NCBI GenBank assembly: GCA_965197905.1
Contig: CBDAOB010000004.1
Location: forward strand, 736,001-800,000
Direction: 5' to 3'
Length of the DNA stretch: 64,000 bases
Source: Candidatus Latescibacterota bacterium
Lineage (GTDB): Bacteria > Latescibacterota > UBA2968 > UBA8231
The position numbers were made by a program, and so were the translations under genes. Position 1 is the first letter of the stretch. Each line of letters begins with the position of its first letter. Below, piece after piece: positions 1-9,643 of the stretch. The notes beneath the pieces were generated by a model. That model saw only the letters and a program-made list of their open reading frames with translations, was not told the DNA's origin and did no database searches.

Positions 1-562
1 CGGATTCGGCGCGCGCACCCTTGGAACCGTAGAGCAACTTGTGTTCGAACATCAATACCGGGTTGTCGTCGCGAACGGCGGCCTTGAGTATCCCCTTGGC
101 GTCGTAGGCGTTCGACACCGAAACGACCTTAATGCCGGGCACTCCAATGAAATAGCGCTCGAGGTTTTGGGCGTGCTGTGAACCGCGGCCGGTCGCCCCG
201 ACCGGTGCACGCATGACCATGGGAACCTTGATGGTACCCCCGGACATGTAGCGCATCTTCGCCGCGTTGTTGACGATCTGGTCCATCGGCAAGAATAGAA
301 AATCGCCGTACTGGACGTCGGCGATGGGCCGCATGCCCATCATTGCCGCGCCGATGGCGACGCCGGTAAACCCCAGCTCGGCGATGGGGGTATTCAACAT
401 GCGATCGGGAAACCTCTGTTCCAGGTCGAGGGTTGCGGTGAATGCTCCTCCAAATCCACCGGGAATCCCGATATCCTCTCCGATGCAGAATACGGTCTCA
501 TCGCGCTCCATCTCCTCGGCCATCGCCTCGCGCAGCGCTTCGGCAATACTCAGATTCCTCAT
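1..562 (-). CDS. 2-oxoacid/acetoin dehydrogenase E1 beta subunit (5' part; runs off window edge)
   Basis: Manual translation from ATG at 562: MRNLSIAEALREAMAEEMERDETVFCIGEDIG...NTPIAELGFTGVAIGAAMMGMRPIADVQYGDF...GSQHAQ; start overlaps E1 alpha stop (TGATG). Confidence 0.92.
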   Translation of the reverse strand, partial: MRNLSIAEALREAMAEEMERDETVFCIGEDIGIPGGFGGAFTATLDLEQRFPDRMLNTPIAELGFTGVAIGAAMMGMRPIADVQYGDFLFLPMDQIVNNAAKMRYMSGGTIKVPMVMRAPVGATGRGSQHAQNLERYFIGVPGIKVVSVSNAYDAKGILKAAVRDDNPVLMFEHKLLYGSKGARAES

Positions 563-1560
563 CAGGCAAGCACCTCGGTCAGCAACTCCTCGACCGCGGG
601 TGGCGGTTCTTGTTGAGCCGCTTCCGCTGCCTGGTTGAACCGCTCCTCCGCCCGCGACTTTACCAGATCCAGGTCCGCTTCAGTCAGATCCCCGCGGTCG
701 ATCAGCACCTTGCCCAACCGGTCGATCGGATCGCGAGAGAACCACGTCTCCTTCTCGTCGGTCGCCTGGTAATTGCCTGGATCGCGGCGTGAGTGGCCGG
801 TGCGGCGATAGGTCAGGAGCTCGAGAAGCACCGGTCCGTCGCCCCTCCGGCATTCCTCCGCCGCCCGGCTGGCCGCTTCGTAGACCGACAGAACATTGTT
901 ACCATCCACTGTCTGGCCCCTAATTCCGTAGGCGACGGCACGTTCTGATAGCCGCTCAACCCGCGTGATCTTGTCCACCCTGGTGGATGCGCCGTAGAGA
1001 TTGTTCTCGCACACGAATATGGCGGGCACATCCCAGATGGCAGCCATGGTCAGTCCTTCGTGAAACGCCCCCTCCGAAGTGGCGCCGTCGCCGAAGAAGC
1101 AGGCGACAATCTCCGTCTTCTTCTGCATCTTGAAGGCCAACGCCATACCGGCCGCCATGGGTATCCCGCCTGCGACGATCGCGATGCCCGGTATCATGCC
1201 TCTCTCGATGTTGCCCATGTGCATCGAGCCACCCTTCCCTTTACAGCAACCCGTCCCGGCGCCGTACAACTCGAAAAGCATCTCCTCCGCCGTCAAACCC
1301 TTGGCGAGAGCGTGACCGTGACCACGAAAGGTAGAGGTAATCTGATCGCCATCCCTCAGCGCGGCGCACACCCCCACTGCGGTAGCCTCTTGCCCCTGGC
1401 ACTGGTGAATCGTTCCGGGCATCGAGCCTTCGAGGAAAAGGAACTTCACCCCCTCTTCGAACTCTCGTATGAACACCATACGTTCATATAGATCGAGGAG
1501 AAACTCGCGGTCGTACGGTTTTGCTTGTTCGACCGTGAGTTCCGTTACCAGTTCACTCAT
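562..1560 (-). CDS. ThDP-dependent dehydrogenase E1 alpha subunit (PdhA/AcoA family)
   Basis: GQEATAVG, GKGGSMH, ThDP motif GDGA...ENN, TYRRTGHS; start set at MSELV. Confidence 0.93.
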   Translation of the reverse strand: MSELVTELTVEQAKPYDREFLLDLYERMVFIREFEEGVKFLFLEGSMPGTIHQCQGQEATAVGVCAALRDGDQITSTFRGHGHALAKGLTAEEMLFELYGAGTGCCKGKGGSMHMGNIERGMIPGIAIVAGGIPMAAGMALAFKMQKKTEIVACFFGDGATSEGAFHEGLTMAAIWDVPAIFVCENNLYGASTRVDKITRVERLSERAVAYGIRGQTVDGNNVLSVYEAASRAAEECRRGDGPVLLELLTYRRTGHSRRDPGNYQATDEKETWFSRDPIDRLGKVLIDRGDLTEADLDLVKSRAEERFNQAAEAAQQEPPPAVEELLTEVLA

Positions 1561-1987
1561 GTTCCTCCCTTTCCGGGTTTGAAGCCTCATCGCGTTTCTC
1601 CGCAGCGGCGCGGTTGCGCGCGAACATGCCGCCTGCGGGTCGGGACCGCGCCTTGCGTTCCTGAGCGGCTTCGGATTCGCTAGTTGGTTCGGACGTGGAT
1701 GCCGTAGCCGTTGTCGGTTGTGCCTGTGGCGGTGCCGCTGTTGCCGGATCGGGCACTTCGATCGTTGCGATCACTGCCCCCACCTCCACCTCATCGTTAG
1801 CCTGGAAGTGAACCGCGGACAGGGTACCGTTGGCAAACGATTCCACCTCCATAGCCGCCTTGTCGGTTTCGATCTCGAGGAGCGGCTGACCGCGTTTGAT
1901 CGGCTGGCCCACCTCTACCAGCCACCTCAGGATCGTTACCACCGACGCCGACGTGGCCAGGTCGGGCATTTTCATCTTTATCTGCAT
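1553..1987 (-). CDS. Stand-alone biotin/lipoyl-attachment domain protein (E2-type lipoyl domain plus Ala/Pro/Thr linker, no catalytic domain)
   Basis: MPDL...WLVEVGQPIKRGQPLLEIETDKAAMEVES with lipoyl-Lys in the TDKA motif; 144 aa. Confidence 0.88.
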   Translation of the reverse strand: MQIKMKMPDLATSASVVTILRWLVEVGQPIKRGQPLLEIETDKAAMEVESFANGTLSAVHFQANDEVEVGAVIATIEVPDPATAAPPQAQPTTATASTSEPTSESEAAQERKARSRPAGGMFARNRAAAEKRDEASNPEREEHE

Positions 1988-2012
1988 GGACCTCTCACAT
2001 CCGAATTACACA

Positions 2013-2966
2013 TCATGTCCATTCCTCTACATCCCGCGGATTGTCCGCTAGGAACGTCCGCGCTTCATCGACGGTAAACAAACCACGGGTGGTTCCCAGA
2101 GAGCGGGTGGCGGAAGCGCCGTAGGCGCTGGCCCAGCATAAGGTGTCCGCCATGTCTTTGCCATTGACGACGCCGGCAATGAGACCGCTGGTGAAGGCAT
2201 CCCCGGAACCGGACGGGTCCACCAGGTGTACCGAATACGCCGGCGCGCGCCAGAAGATGCCGTTGCAAGTGGCAACCGAGCCGTTCTCCCCCAAGGTGAC
2301 CACCACCGCATTGGCACCGCAATCAGCGAAAGCGCGCAGCTGTGCCAGCGGCTCGGGTTCCCCGGTGATAGCCGCCGCCTCGTCGTCGTTCGGAAGAAAA
2401 TAGTCGATTTCGGGAAGAATCGATTTGACCGCCTCGGCACCGTGAGAATCTTGCGGCACCACTACATCTACGACGGTCAGGACCCCCTGTTGACGGCAAA
2501 AACCCAGGAGCTCGCGCAGTTCGTCGAGGTCGACGGCCGGCAGGATCAGCAGTCCGCCCAGGTAGAAGACCTTCAGTCCCCTCACCCACTCTCGATCTAT
2601 GTGTTCGATGGCGAACGCTTTGTTCGCTCCGAAGGTGTGTATGTAACGTCGATCCTGGCCGGCGACGACCAGGATCACGGTCTTGCTCGTGGGGTATATA
2701 TCGGTTACGGTAACGTGGCTGCAACCGACACCGTCGCTCTCCAAAGAGCCCAGTAGAGACGTGGCCGATGAGTCGGCGCCCACACATCCTGCCAGGTCGA
2801 CGCTGATCCCCTGCTTGGCCAGGCCAATGGCGACATTCGCCGCACACCCGCCGGCACCCGGTTCAATGGCGTCGATCGCCAGCAACTGCCCTTCCCGCGG
2901 CAGATCGTCCATCGGTCCGCAGAAGATGTCCGACACCAAAACGCCAGCGCAGCCCACCTCAGCCAT
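2013..2966 (-). CDS. PfkB/ribokinase-family carbohydrate kinase
   Basis: GGCAANVAIGLAKQG, PNDDEA, VVTLGENG, DPSGSGDAF signatures. Confidence 0.92.
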   Translation of the reverse strand: MAEVGCAGVLVSDIFCGPMDDLPREGQLLAIDAIEPGAGGCAANVAIGLAKQGISVDLAGCVGADSSATSLLGSLESDGVGCSHVTVTDIYPTSKTVILVVAGQDRRYIHTFGANKAFAIEHIDREWVRGLKVFYLGGLLILPAVDLDELRELLGFCRQQGVLTVVDVVVPQDSHGAEAVKSILPEIDYFLPNDDEAAAITGEPEPLAQLRAFADCGANAVVVTLGENGSVATCNGIFWRAPAYSVHLVDPSGSGDAFTSGLIAGVVNGKDMADTLCWASAYGASATRSLGTTRGLFTVDEARTFLADNPRDVEEWT

Positions 2967-3861
2967 GGTGGCGCGCCTTGCCGCAACAGCCGAGGAAATC
3001 AATCCGTTCGAGAACCGCATCGCGCACCGCCCGTCTGCCAGCGACCATCACATCTTCGTCAGCCCCGTACCCCAGGAGAAGGTGGGGGTTTTCCTGGTCG
3101 GAGCCGAGCGCGGCCCGCACCGCCTTGAGATACCTTTGTTTCACGTAGGTGCCGTAACAAACCTTGGCGACGCCCAACGCAATGCCCTCCTTCAAATCGT
3201 CCAACGTGATGCCCGTACCGCCGTGGAGATCCAGCGGAATCTTCACCTTTTCGCGGATGGCAGCAAGGCGTTCCAGGTCCAGACCCTGCGACCCGTCCAG
3301 CAAAACGTGGATGTTGCCAACACTGATGGAGAGTATGTCCACCCCGGTTTCCAGTACGAAATCCGCCGCTTGTTGGGGATTCGTAGCGGACGATCCGAGG
3401 GTGTCGATGCTGCCCTCCGCGCCCGACGGCAGTTGGCCAGTCTCGGCTTCGAGGGCAACCCCATGTGAATGTGCGAATGCTGCCAACTCCTTTACTCTGG
3501 CGACGTACTCGCTGCGCGGTACGACCGGGTCGTCCAACATCACCTGGCCGAAGCCGAGCTCTATCGCATCTCGTATCCACTCGTCCTGGGCGCATTCGTT
3601 GAAGACCAGCGAACAGGGCACCGACGCCGATTCGGCGGCCGCTGTTCCCAGGGCGGCGTACCAGGAAAGACGTTCTCGAGCTTGCCGACCGGCATGGCTC
3701 AGAAACTCCCCGTTGAAACCGACCATGATCGGCGAATCGGTTGCTTCGGCGGCATCGATCACTCCTTGGAGAGATTCCAGATTCCAGCTTTCGAAATATC
3801 CGACGGCATACCCTCTGGATAAGGCATCACCGAGCAGTTCGTTTACGGAAATCAGCGGCAA
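2959..3861 (-). CDS. Class II fructose/tagatose-bisphosphate aldolase family protein
   Basis: GYAVGYF...LQGVIDAAEATDSP, LEAETG, SVGNIH, LDLHGGTG, GVAKV; TTG start with GGAG upstream. Confidence 0.88.
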   Translation of the reverse strand: MPLISVNELLGDALSRGYAVGYFESWNLESLQGVIDAAEATDSPIMVGFNGEFLSHAGRQARERLSWYAALGTAAAESASVPCSLVFNECAQDEWIRDAIELGFGQVMLDDPVVPRSEYVARVKELAAFAHSHGVALEAETGQLPSGAEGSIDTLGSSATNPQQAADFVLETGVDILSISVGNIHVLLDGSQGLDLERLAAIREKVKIPLDLHGGTGITLDDLKEGIALGVAKVCYGTYVKQRYLKAVRAALGSDQENPHLLLGYGADEDVMVAGRRAVRDAVLERIDFLGCCGKARHHG

Positions 3862-4053
3862 GGACGATCGGCTCCAGGTCTGTTCACGTGAGCGGGATAG
3901 GATGTGGCAACGACAGGCCCCTGTCAAAAAAGGCCGCATACGATAGGCTTGGGCGCGACGTAAGCAGTTCCTAAAACATTATATTATGAACGTTGATCTA
4001 CCAAGAGTCGGATTATAGATTATCGCAGTTCACTCGAAATCTACCCGAAAGAA

Positions 4054-6063
4054 ATGCCGACCAACGAAGACGGCTACCTAGCCCGCTTGCAAAGCGCGAG
4101 CCGGATCTCCGCCCACACCTGGAGACAGTGGTGCAGTCAATTGCAGCTGGACGTGGTGGAGGCGATAGATGTGTGGGATGAAATCTGCCTGCCGCTGATG
4201 ATGCTGAGCCGCAAGGCTCCGGATGTTCCGTTTGTCTTGCAGGCATGGATGGCGCGGCCCGACTTGGATCTGATCACCTTCCGTGAGGAACTTCCGGCGG
4301 CGCTGCATATTCTCGCCTTCGTTGCTTCGCTTCAGGACGAGAGCCTGTCAGGAGCCGGGTTCAAGAGCGGGATCCTCAAGATATTTCGACGCGGTGCCAC
4401 CTCTCCGGGAGAGGTCCCTCCTCCGCTGGAAATCAGACGCCGACAGTTCGTCGTGGAACTTACCTCGGTCATTCTCATCACCAAGGTGATCAAAGGCGAG
4501 AACATATCCCTGCCAGGCGTTATCAAGGTGCTGGCGGAGGGCCGAGGCACGCTGGACGACCTGGTGAGAATGGCGAAGAATGCGGCCGGAACGGGTCGCG
4601 TTGCCGACGCCGTAATGGCCTGTCTCGAATGCCGTGTTGCAGCGCTGAACGAAGCGGTAGCAGAGGCGGAGGCAGACGATGACGAGGATGAGGACGACGA
4701 ATTAGATGAAGACGCGGCGGATGGAACCGAAGGGAATGATGCCGACGGCAAGGCTGAAGAGGACTCTGAAGAGGAAACGGAAGAGTCCGGAGATGGGGAA
4801 TTCGAGGATGAAGATGACGAAGAATTGAAAGATGAGGACGACCTGGACGAGGACGAGGCCTTCGAAGCTCCGCGTCCGGCGAACGCCACCGAAAATTTTC
4901 TCTACCACGCCAAAGCGGCGTTCAAATTGATCTACGCGGCGGAGGCAAACAAGGACAAGGAAATTCCCCGTGAATTGCTGGTGAAACGGCTGGATTCAGT
5001 AGACAAATTCGAACCCCTCAGGGCCTACGTTCCGACTCACGAAGAGGCGCAAGCCATGATGCGCAAGGGGCAGATCGAACAGAGCGGCGGCCGCGAGAAG
5101 ACCTTGATGAAAGCGCGTGCCGGAGGTGGAGGCGGCGCCCGATCTAGCGGAGGCGGCAAAGGTGCGGGTGCGGGTGCGGGAGGTTCCGGCTCTGGTGGCG
5201 GCGGTGCTGCTGCGGGCGGAATCGCGGCGACCACAAGCGCAGGCGTCTCCATGGGCACCGGCGGAGGAAGCGCCAAGAAACCTACGGTAATCAAGGGTGG
5301 CGCCGCGACCGGGAAGGCGGCCGCGGTCACGGCATCGGGTTTCAGCGGCTACGCGGGAGAGGAGGACGATGAGGACGTGGAAGAGGGCTTGGATCTCGTG
5401 GAGGTGTCGGAGGCAGGCCTGGAGGAAGCCGTGCGTCAGATAGGGGCCCTGCTCGAAAACGTGACGGCGGCCGATCCCGATGTGTGGACCCTGTTTCTCC
5501 ATCCCGATGCCGAGCTCGATGATGTGTGTTCGTTAAGCAAGCGCTTGTCGCAGGAAGGTACCGGGGCTCAACAAGCTGCCGCCGCGATTGAGACCATTGG
5601 TCGCATGCAGAACATAAAGGTGCTGCTTGCCCTGCCCGAAGACAAACGGATCAAAGCCCGCGACCTAGCCATCGACGTGGATGTGTTCGTCAAGAACACC
5701 TGTAAGACCCGGCGTACCCTGGAACCCAACAGCCGCGGGTTGATGCCCGTGCCCCCCATTCTCGATCATGCCGGCAGCCTATCCCTTCGCTTGCGTGCGT
5801 TGCAACTTGCCTACGAGCAATCCAACAGTGCCGAAGTCCCGTCTAGAGAGATGATTGCCGACGACTGCGAAAGGGTTCTTGCAGCGGTAACCTACAAACT
5901 GGATCAGGCCGTGCTGCAAACGGTTCGCACCCGCATGGATGAGGAGATTGCCGAGCTGTTGGAGCAACTGGCAGCCGGCAATTTCGCCGACAAACTGGTA
6001 GAAGCGGCGCCGAATCGTTGCAAGCGGAAGGACATTGCGAATCGCTCGAGAAGCTGGAGATAG
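4054..6063 (+). CDS. Large hypothetical protein with Asp/Glu-rich and Gly-rich low-complexity linkers (N-terminal part; probably continues in 6018..6680 via frameshift)
   Basis: 669-aa ORF, first gene of the signalling operon; last ~18 codons look out of frame. Confidence 0.7.
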   Translation: MPTNEDGYLARLQSASRISAHTWRQWCSQLQLDVVEAIDVWDEICLPLMMLSRKAPDVPFVLQAWMARPDLDLITFREELPAALHILAFVASLQDESLSGAGFKSGILKIFRRGATSPGEVPPPLEIRRRQFVVELTSVILITKVIKGENISLPGVIKVLAEGRGTLDDLVRMAKNAAGTGRVADAVMACLECRVAALNEAVAEAEADDDEDEDDELDEDAADGTEGNDADGKAEEDSEEETEESGDGEFEDEDDEELKDEDDLDEDEAFEAPRPANATENFLYHAKAAFKLIYAAEANKDKEIPRELLVKRLDSVDKFEPLRAYVPTHEEAQAMMRKGQIEQSGGREKTLMKARAGGGGGARSSGGGKGAGAGAGGSGSGGGGAAAGGIAATTSAGVSMGTGGGSAKKPTVIKGGAATGKAAAVTASGFSGYAGEEDDEDVEEGLDLVEVSEAGLEEAVRQIGALLENVTAADPDVWTLFLHPDAELDDVCSLSKRLSQEGTGAQQAAAAIETIGRMQNIKVLLALPEDKRIKARDLAIDVDVFVKNTCKTRRTLEPNSRGLMPVPPILDHAGSLSLRLRALQLAYEQSNSAEVPSREMIADDCERVLAAVTYKLDQAVLQTVRTRMDEEIAELLEQLAAGNFADKLVEAAPNRCKRKDIANRSRSWR

Positions 6064-6680
6064 CACTCGCGGAGGGACCTCTCACGTTCGAGGATGTCGA
6101 GGGCGATGCCTCCAGGCCGGCAGACGTACCTGAGGATCTGGTGCGGCCGAGCGGTTTGGGCGAGATCTTCGACTCGGTGCGCCGATATGTGTTCGAGCGT
6201 CTGCGCTTTATCCTGCAACCGATCCACGAACCGGAGGCGACGTTCCGCCGCGTCGACGCCGGATTGAAGAAGGTACTGGCGGCCGTGGCAGTCCTGGAGC
6301 CGCGCAAGGAACGCCACCACCGAAATCCACGTGTGGCCTTGTCTGTGGTGAGCCTGGAGAAGGTCACCGGCAACAACGCCCTTGCTTCCCTGTTTGTCCG
6401 GCTCGGCGTTGACGGCCGACTCCTCTACCTGGAGGACTTCGAGGACGGAACCCACATAGACGTCTTCGAGCTGCGGGAAAATACCACAGCCCAGGTCCAC
6501 GCTCGGGCGCGCGATCGGGCGCGCAGCGACCGGAAGGCAGAACTGCAGGTCGGTGTCAGTTATCTCTACTCGCTCGGTCGGACCAATGAGCTTTTTTGCA
6601 GCTCACGCGAAGACGTTTTGGAAAGCTGCATCAAGAATGATGAAGGTGAAACCAAGATCTTTCCGATGTTTTCCAGTTGA
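6018..6680 (+). CDS. Hypothetical protein (probable C-terminal part of the 4054 gene)
   Basis: Overlapping ORF; restoring one base at ~6008 gives ...LVEAAAESLQAEGHCESLEKLE... Confidence 0.6.
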   Translation: MQAEGHCESLEKLEIALAEGPLTFEDVEGDASRPADVPEDLVRPSGLGEIFDSVRRYVFERLRFILQPIHEPEATFRRVDAGLKKVLAAVAVLEPRKERHHRNPRVALSVVSLEKVTGNNALASLFVRLGVDGRLLYLEDFEDGTHIDVFELRENTTAQVHARARDRARSDRKAELQVGVSYLYSLGRTNELFCSSREDVLESCIKNDEGETKIFPMFSS

Positions 6681-6709
6681 AGTGAGCGAAGCGGGGAGCT
6701 CGCTAGCCG

Positions 6710-7144
6710 ATGACTGACACGTCAAGCGTCGAGGTTTTGGAAGCGGAATCCAAGCTCGCATTCAACGTTCTCCTGATAGACGACCAGCCGCTGGTTGGGG
6801 AGCAGGTGCGCCGCCTGCTTGCTCCCGAGGCCGACATCGGGTTTCACTATTGCCGCAATCCGATCCGCGCCATTGCGGCTGCCCTGGAGAGCGATCCGTC
6901 GGTAATCCTGCTCGACCTGACCATGCCGAACATGGACGGATTGACCTTGCTGAAGACGTTTCAGGCTGATGAGCAGCTGCACGACATCCCGGTGATCGTG
7001 CTCTCCTCCAAGGAGGAGGTGAAAACCAAGGCGGACGCCTTCGGGTTGGGAGCCAGTGACTACCTGGTGAAGCTGCCGGACGCGACCGAGCTAGTCGCCA
7101 GGATTCGCCGCCACTCTCTCGGCTACATTCACCTGCGGGCGTAG
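6710..7144 (+). CDS. WspR-like receiver domain (N-terminal part of a REC-histidine kinase gene interrupted by an in-frame TAG)
   Basis: VLLIDDQPLVGEQVRRLL..DIGFHYC..VILLDLTMPNMDGLTLL..IPVIVLSSKEE..GASDYLVKLPDATELVARIRRHS closely follows the WspR REC pattern. Confidence 0.85.
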   Translation: MTDTSSVEVLEAESKLAFNVLLIDDQPLVGEQVRRLLAPEADIGFHYCRNPIRAIAAALESDPSVILLDLTMPNMDGLTLLKTFQADEQLHDIPVIVLSSKEEVKTKADAFGLGASDYLVKLPDATELVARIRRHSLGYIHLRA

Positions 7145-7246
7145 CGTCGCACCGAGCAGGCACTGCGTCGGGCGGAAGCGGAATCGCGAGAGGCAGCCGG
7201 CGAAGCGCAACGCGCCAACCGGGCCAAAAGCGTTTTCCTCGCCAAC

Positions 7247-8560
7247 ATGAGCCATGGCCTGCGCACTCCCCTGAACGCCATTCTGGGACATTCGCGACTC
7301 CTGCTCGAAAACGAAGCGGAGCTCTCCACATCCCAACTGCAAGCGCTGAGGCACGTAGAGGATGGTGGACGTGAGTTCCTCAAGCTGATCGACAACATCC
7401 TGAGCGTTACTCGCATCGAGTCGGGACAGCAGTTTCTCGAGCCGACTGAATTCGATGTCGGCGATCTGCTGCGCCAGCTGGAGTCCACCTTCAACGTGCG
7501 CTGCGAGCACAAGGGTCTGTCGTGGCTCGCGGAAATTGCCCTCGATGAAACCAGAGTGCAAGGTGATGGCCGCAAGCTGCAACAGGCTCTGGTGCATCTG
7601 CTCGACAACGCCGTGAAGTTCACCGAAGCCGGAGAAGTACGGTTACGAGTCACCAGTCGCGACGACCTCTACAGCTTCGAGGTCAGTGACACCGGGCCCG
7701 GGATTCCGGCGGCGCGGCGGGCGGCCGTTTTCGAGCTTTTCAACCAAGGCGAAGAAGGTTTGGAGAAAGGGGGCTCGGGTCTGGGCCTCACGATCGCCCG
7801 CAGCCACGTGGCGTTGATGGGGGGGACCTTCACTCTCGAAGACGGTGAGAACGGGGGCGTGGTGGCTTCCTTTGCCGTACCCTTGCCGAAGACTCTGACT
7901 GGGAGCCAAAGCCCCGGATCGCAAACGCGGGCGCGCCCCAAGGGGTTGGCTCCCGGGTCGGCCTTGCGCGCCCGCTTGGTGGGGAGAAGCGATAACCTGG
8001 AAATCATGACGCAGATTCTCGAGAGGATCGGAAGCGAGGTGGCGCATGTCGAGGAGCTGGGCGAGAAAGAGATGACCGGAAGCTCCGACGACTGGGATGT
8101 TATTATCATCGACATTGACACCTACAACCTCGATGCGACCAGAGCCTTGGGCAAAAGCTACACATCGCGACCGAAGCTGGTTGGATTGTCAGGGTCTTCT
8201 CTTTTGGGCCGTCGCTACCTCGATGCCGGTTTCGATAGGTGCATCGAAGTCTCCTTGCGACCGGGCCGCGTCTATGCGGAACTGGCCGAACTGCTGGGCA
8301 TCGAGTACGGATACGATGCTGTGGAAACCCGGGCGCCGGCATCGACGGACGAATTCAATCTGAAACTACCCGCCGAGTTGCGCGACAAGCTGAGCAAAGC
8401 CGCTGCAACCCACAGCATCACCGAACTAAAGAGACATATCGGCGAGCTCGAATCTCTGGGCCCTGAAGAACAGCGACTGGCCGATCATCTTTCCACTCTC
8501 GGACGCGGCTTCGACATGGCGGCCATCGCCGCCGTGCTGCGTGAGATCAACACTCAATGA
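7247..8560 (+). CDS. Histidine kinase (HisKA-HATPase, degenerate REC, C-terminal helical domain); in frame with 6710..7144
   Basis: AKSVFLANMSHGLRTPLNAILG, LLDNAVKFT, DTGPGI, GGSGLGL; ORF ATG lies inside the H-box so the true start is upstream. Confidence 0.85.
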   Translation: MSHGLRTPLNAILGHSRLLLENEAELSTSQLQALRHVEDGGREFLKLIDNILSVTRIESGQQFLEPTEFDVGDLLRQLESTFNVRCEHKGLSWLAEIALDETRVQGDGRKLQQALVHLLDNAVKFTEAGEVRLRVTSRDDLYSFEVSDTGPGIPAARRAAVFELFNQGEEGLEKGGSGLGLTIARSHVALMGGTFTLEDGENGGVVASFAVPLPKTLTGSQSPGSQTRARPKGLAPGSALRARLVGRSDNLEIMTQILERIGSEVAHVEELGEKEMTGSSDDWDVIIIDIDTYNLDATRALGKSYTSRPKLVGLSGSSLLGRRYLDAGFDRCIEVSLRPGRVYAELAELLGIEYGYDAVETRAPASTDEFNLKLPAELRDKLSKAAATHSITELKRHIGELESLGPEEQRLADHLSTLGRGFDMAAIAAVLREINTQ

Positions 8561-8588
8561 GTCACCTTCACAACGGACCGAACCTACG

Positions 8589-9623
8589 ATGCGAATGATT
8601 GACCTCGATTTGAAGGATAGCAAGATCCTCGTCGTCGACGACGTACCGGCCAATCTGGACGTTTTGGTGGAGGCGCTGGACCGGGAAGGGTACAACGTTC
8701 TGGTTGCCTCCAATGGTACGACCGCCTTGGAGGTAGCGGCGTACGCCCGCCCTGACCTGATTCTTCTCGACGTCATGATGCCGGGCATCGATGGATTCGA
8801 AACCTGCCGGCGACTTCAGGCGGACCACAACCTGGAAGATACTCCCGTGATATTCCTGACCGCCAGAGACGACATCGAAGGGATCGTGGAGGGGTTCGAA
8901 GCCGGTGGCCTCGACTATATCACCAAGCCGTTCAAGAAAGAAGAGGTCTTGGTACGGGTGCGGACGCATCTCGAGCGCACCCTGCTGGCGCGCAACCTGG
9001 CCGAGCTCAACGCCCATCTGGAGCAGAAAGTGGCCGAGCGCACGCGGGAGGTGCAGCTGCGGCTCAAAGAGCTTGAAGGCAAGGATCGTATCGCCCAACA
9101 CCTGTTGACCTTCAATACCCTCGAAGAAACCCTGGCCGTGGTTCTGGAAGTCATAACCAACATTCTAAAGCTGGATAGTGCGGCCGTTTTCCTGCGCGAA
9201 AACGGAGAGCTGCAAGCTACAGCCGCCATCGGCGTGACCGATCCCGGTGCCATCATTGGCCGTTCCGAATTGACGAAATTGTCGTTTGAGCCCAACGCCG
9301 CAGCAGCCCAGTCCATCGAACAGAAATCGGCGACGATGGTGAAGGATGCCGATCTGCCAACCGCGCTCGTTCCCATTCTCCGCGATGAGGATGTGCTTGG
9401 ACTGATTCAGGTGGAGAACCACCAGAGTAAGCGAGACATCACCGATGCCGACTTGAAAACCCTCACCAGCTTTGCGTTGCAGTCAGCCGTCGCCATCACC
9501 GATGCCCAGGTGCGCCAGGATCCGGAAGCGTGGCGCGATCAGCTGGACGAGATTCTCGAGATCGAAGAGGAGCTAGAGGATTCGGAAGGTTTGGATGGGC
9601 TGAGCGCCGCAGAGGAAGATTAA
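8589..9623 (+). CDS. Response regulator: REC, coiled coil, GAF, acidic tail, no output domain
   Basis: ILVVDDVPANL..PDLILLDVMMPGIDG..FLTA..DYITKPF; GAF-like LVPIL..DVLGLIQVEN..DLKTLTSFALQSAVAI. Confidence 0.85.
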   Translation: MRMIDLDLKDSKILVVDDVPANLDVLVEALDREGYNVLVASNGTTALEVAAYARPDLILLDVMMPGIDGFETCRRLQADHNLEDTPVIFLTARDDIEGIVEGFEAGGLDYITKPFKKEEVLVRVRTHLERTLLARNLAELNAHLEQKVAERTREVQLRLKELEGKDRIAQHLLTFNTLEETLAVVLEVITNILKLDSAAVFLRENGELQATAAIGVTDPGAIIGRSELTKLSFEPNAAAAQSIEQKSATMVKDADLPTALVPILRDEDVLGLIQVENHQSKRDITDADLKTLTSFALQSAVAITDAQVRQDPEAWRDQLDEILEIEEELEDSEGLDGLSAAEED

Positions 9624-9643
9624 GGGACGCGGGACGTCGGCAA

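Noticed and set aside
3951..3966. GGGCGCGACGTAAGCA (and AGGCAAGCCGTCTGCT near 23245) as sigma54 promoters
   Set aside because: Correct GG-N10-GC spacing but poor flanking consensus, and no enhancer 18-mers seen upstream
7142..7144. Genome-wide TAG recoding (alternative code or pyrrolysine)
   Set aside because: Other genes here end normally at TAG (e.g. 12085, 15483, 57147, 63747) and no pyl genes are present in the window
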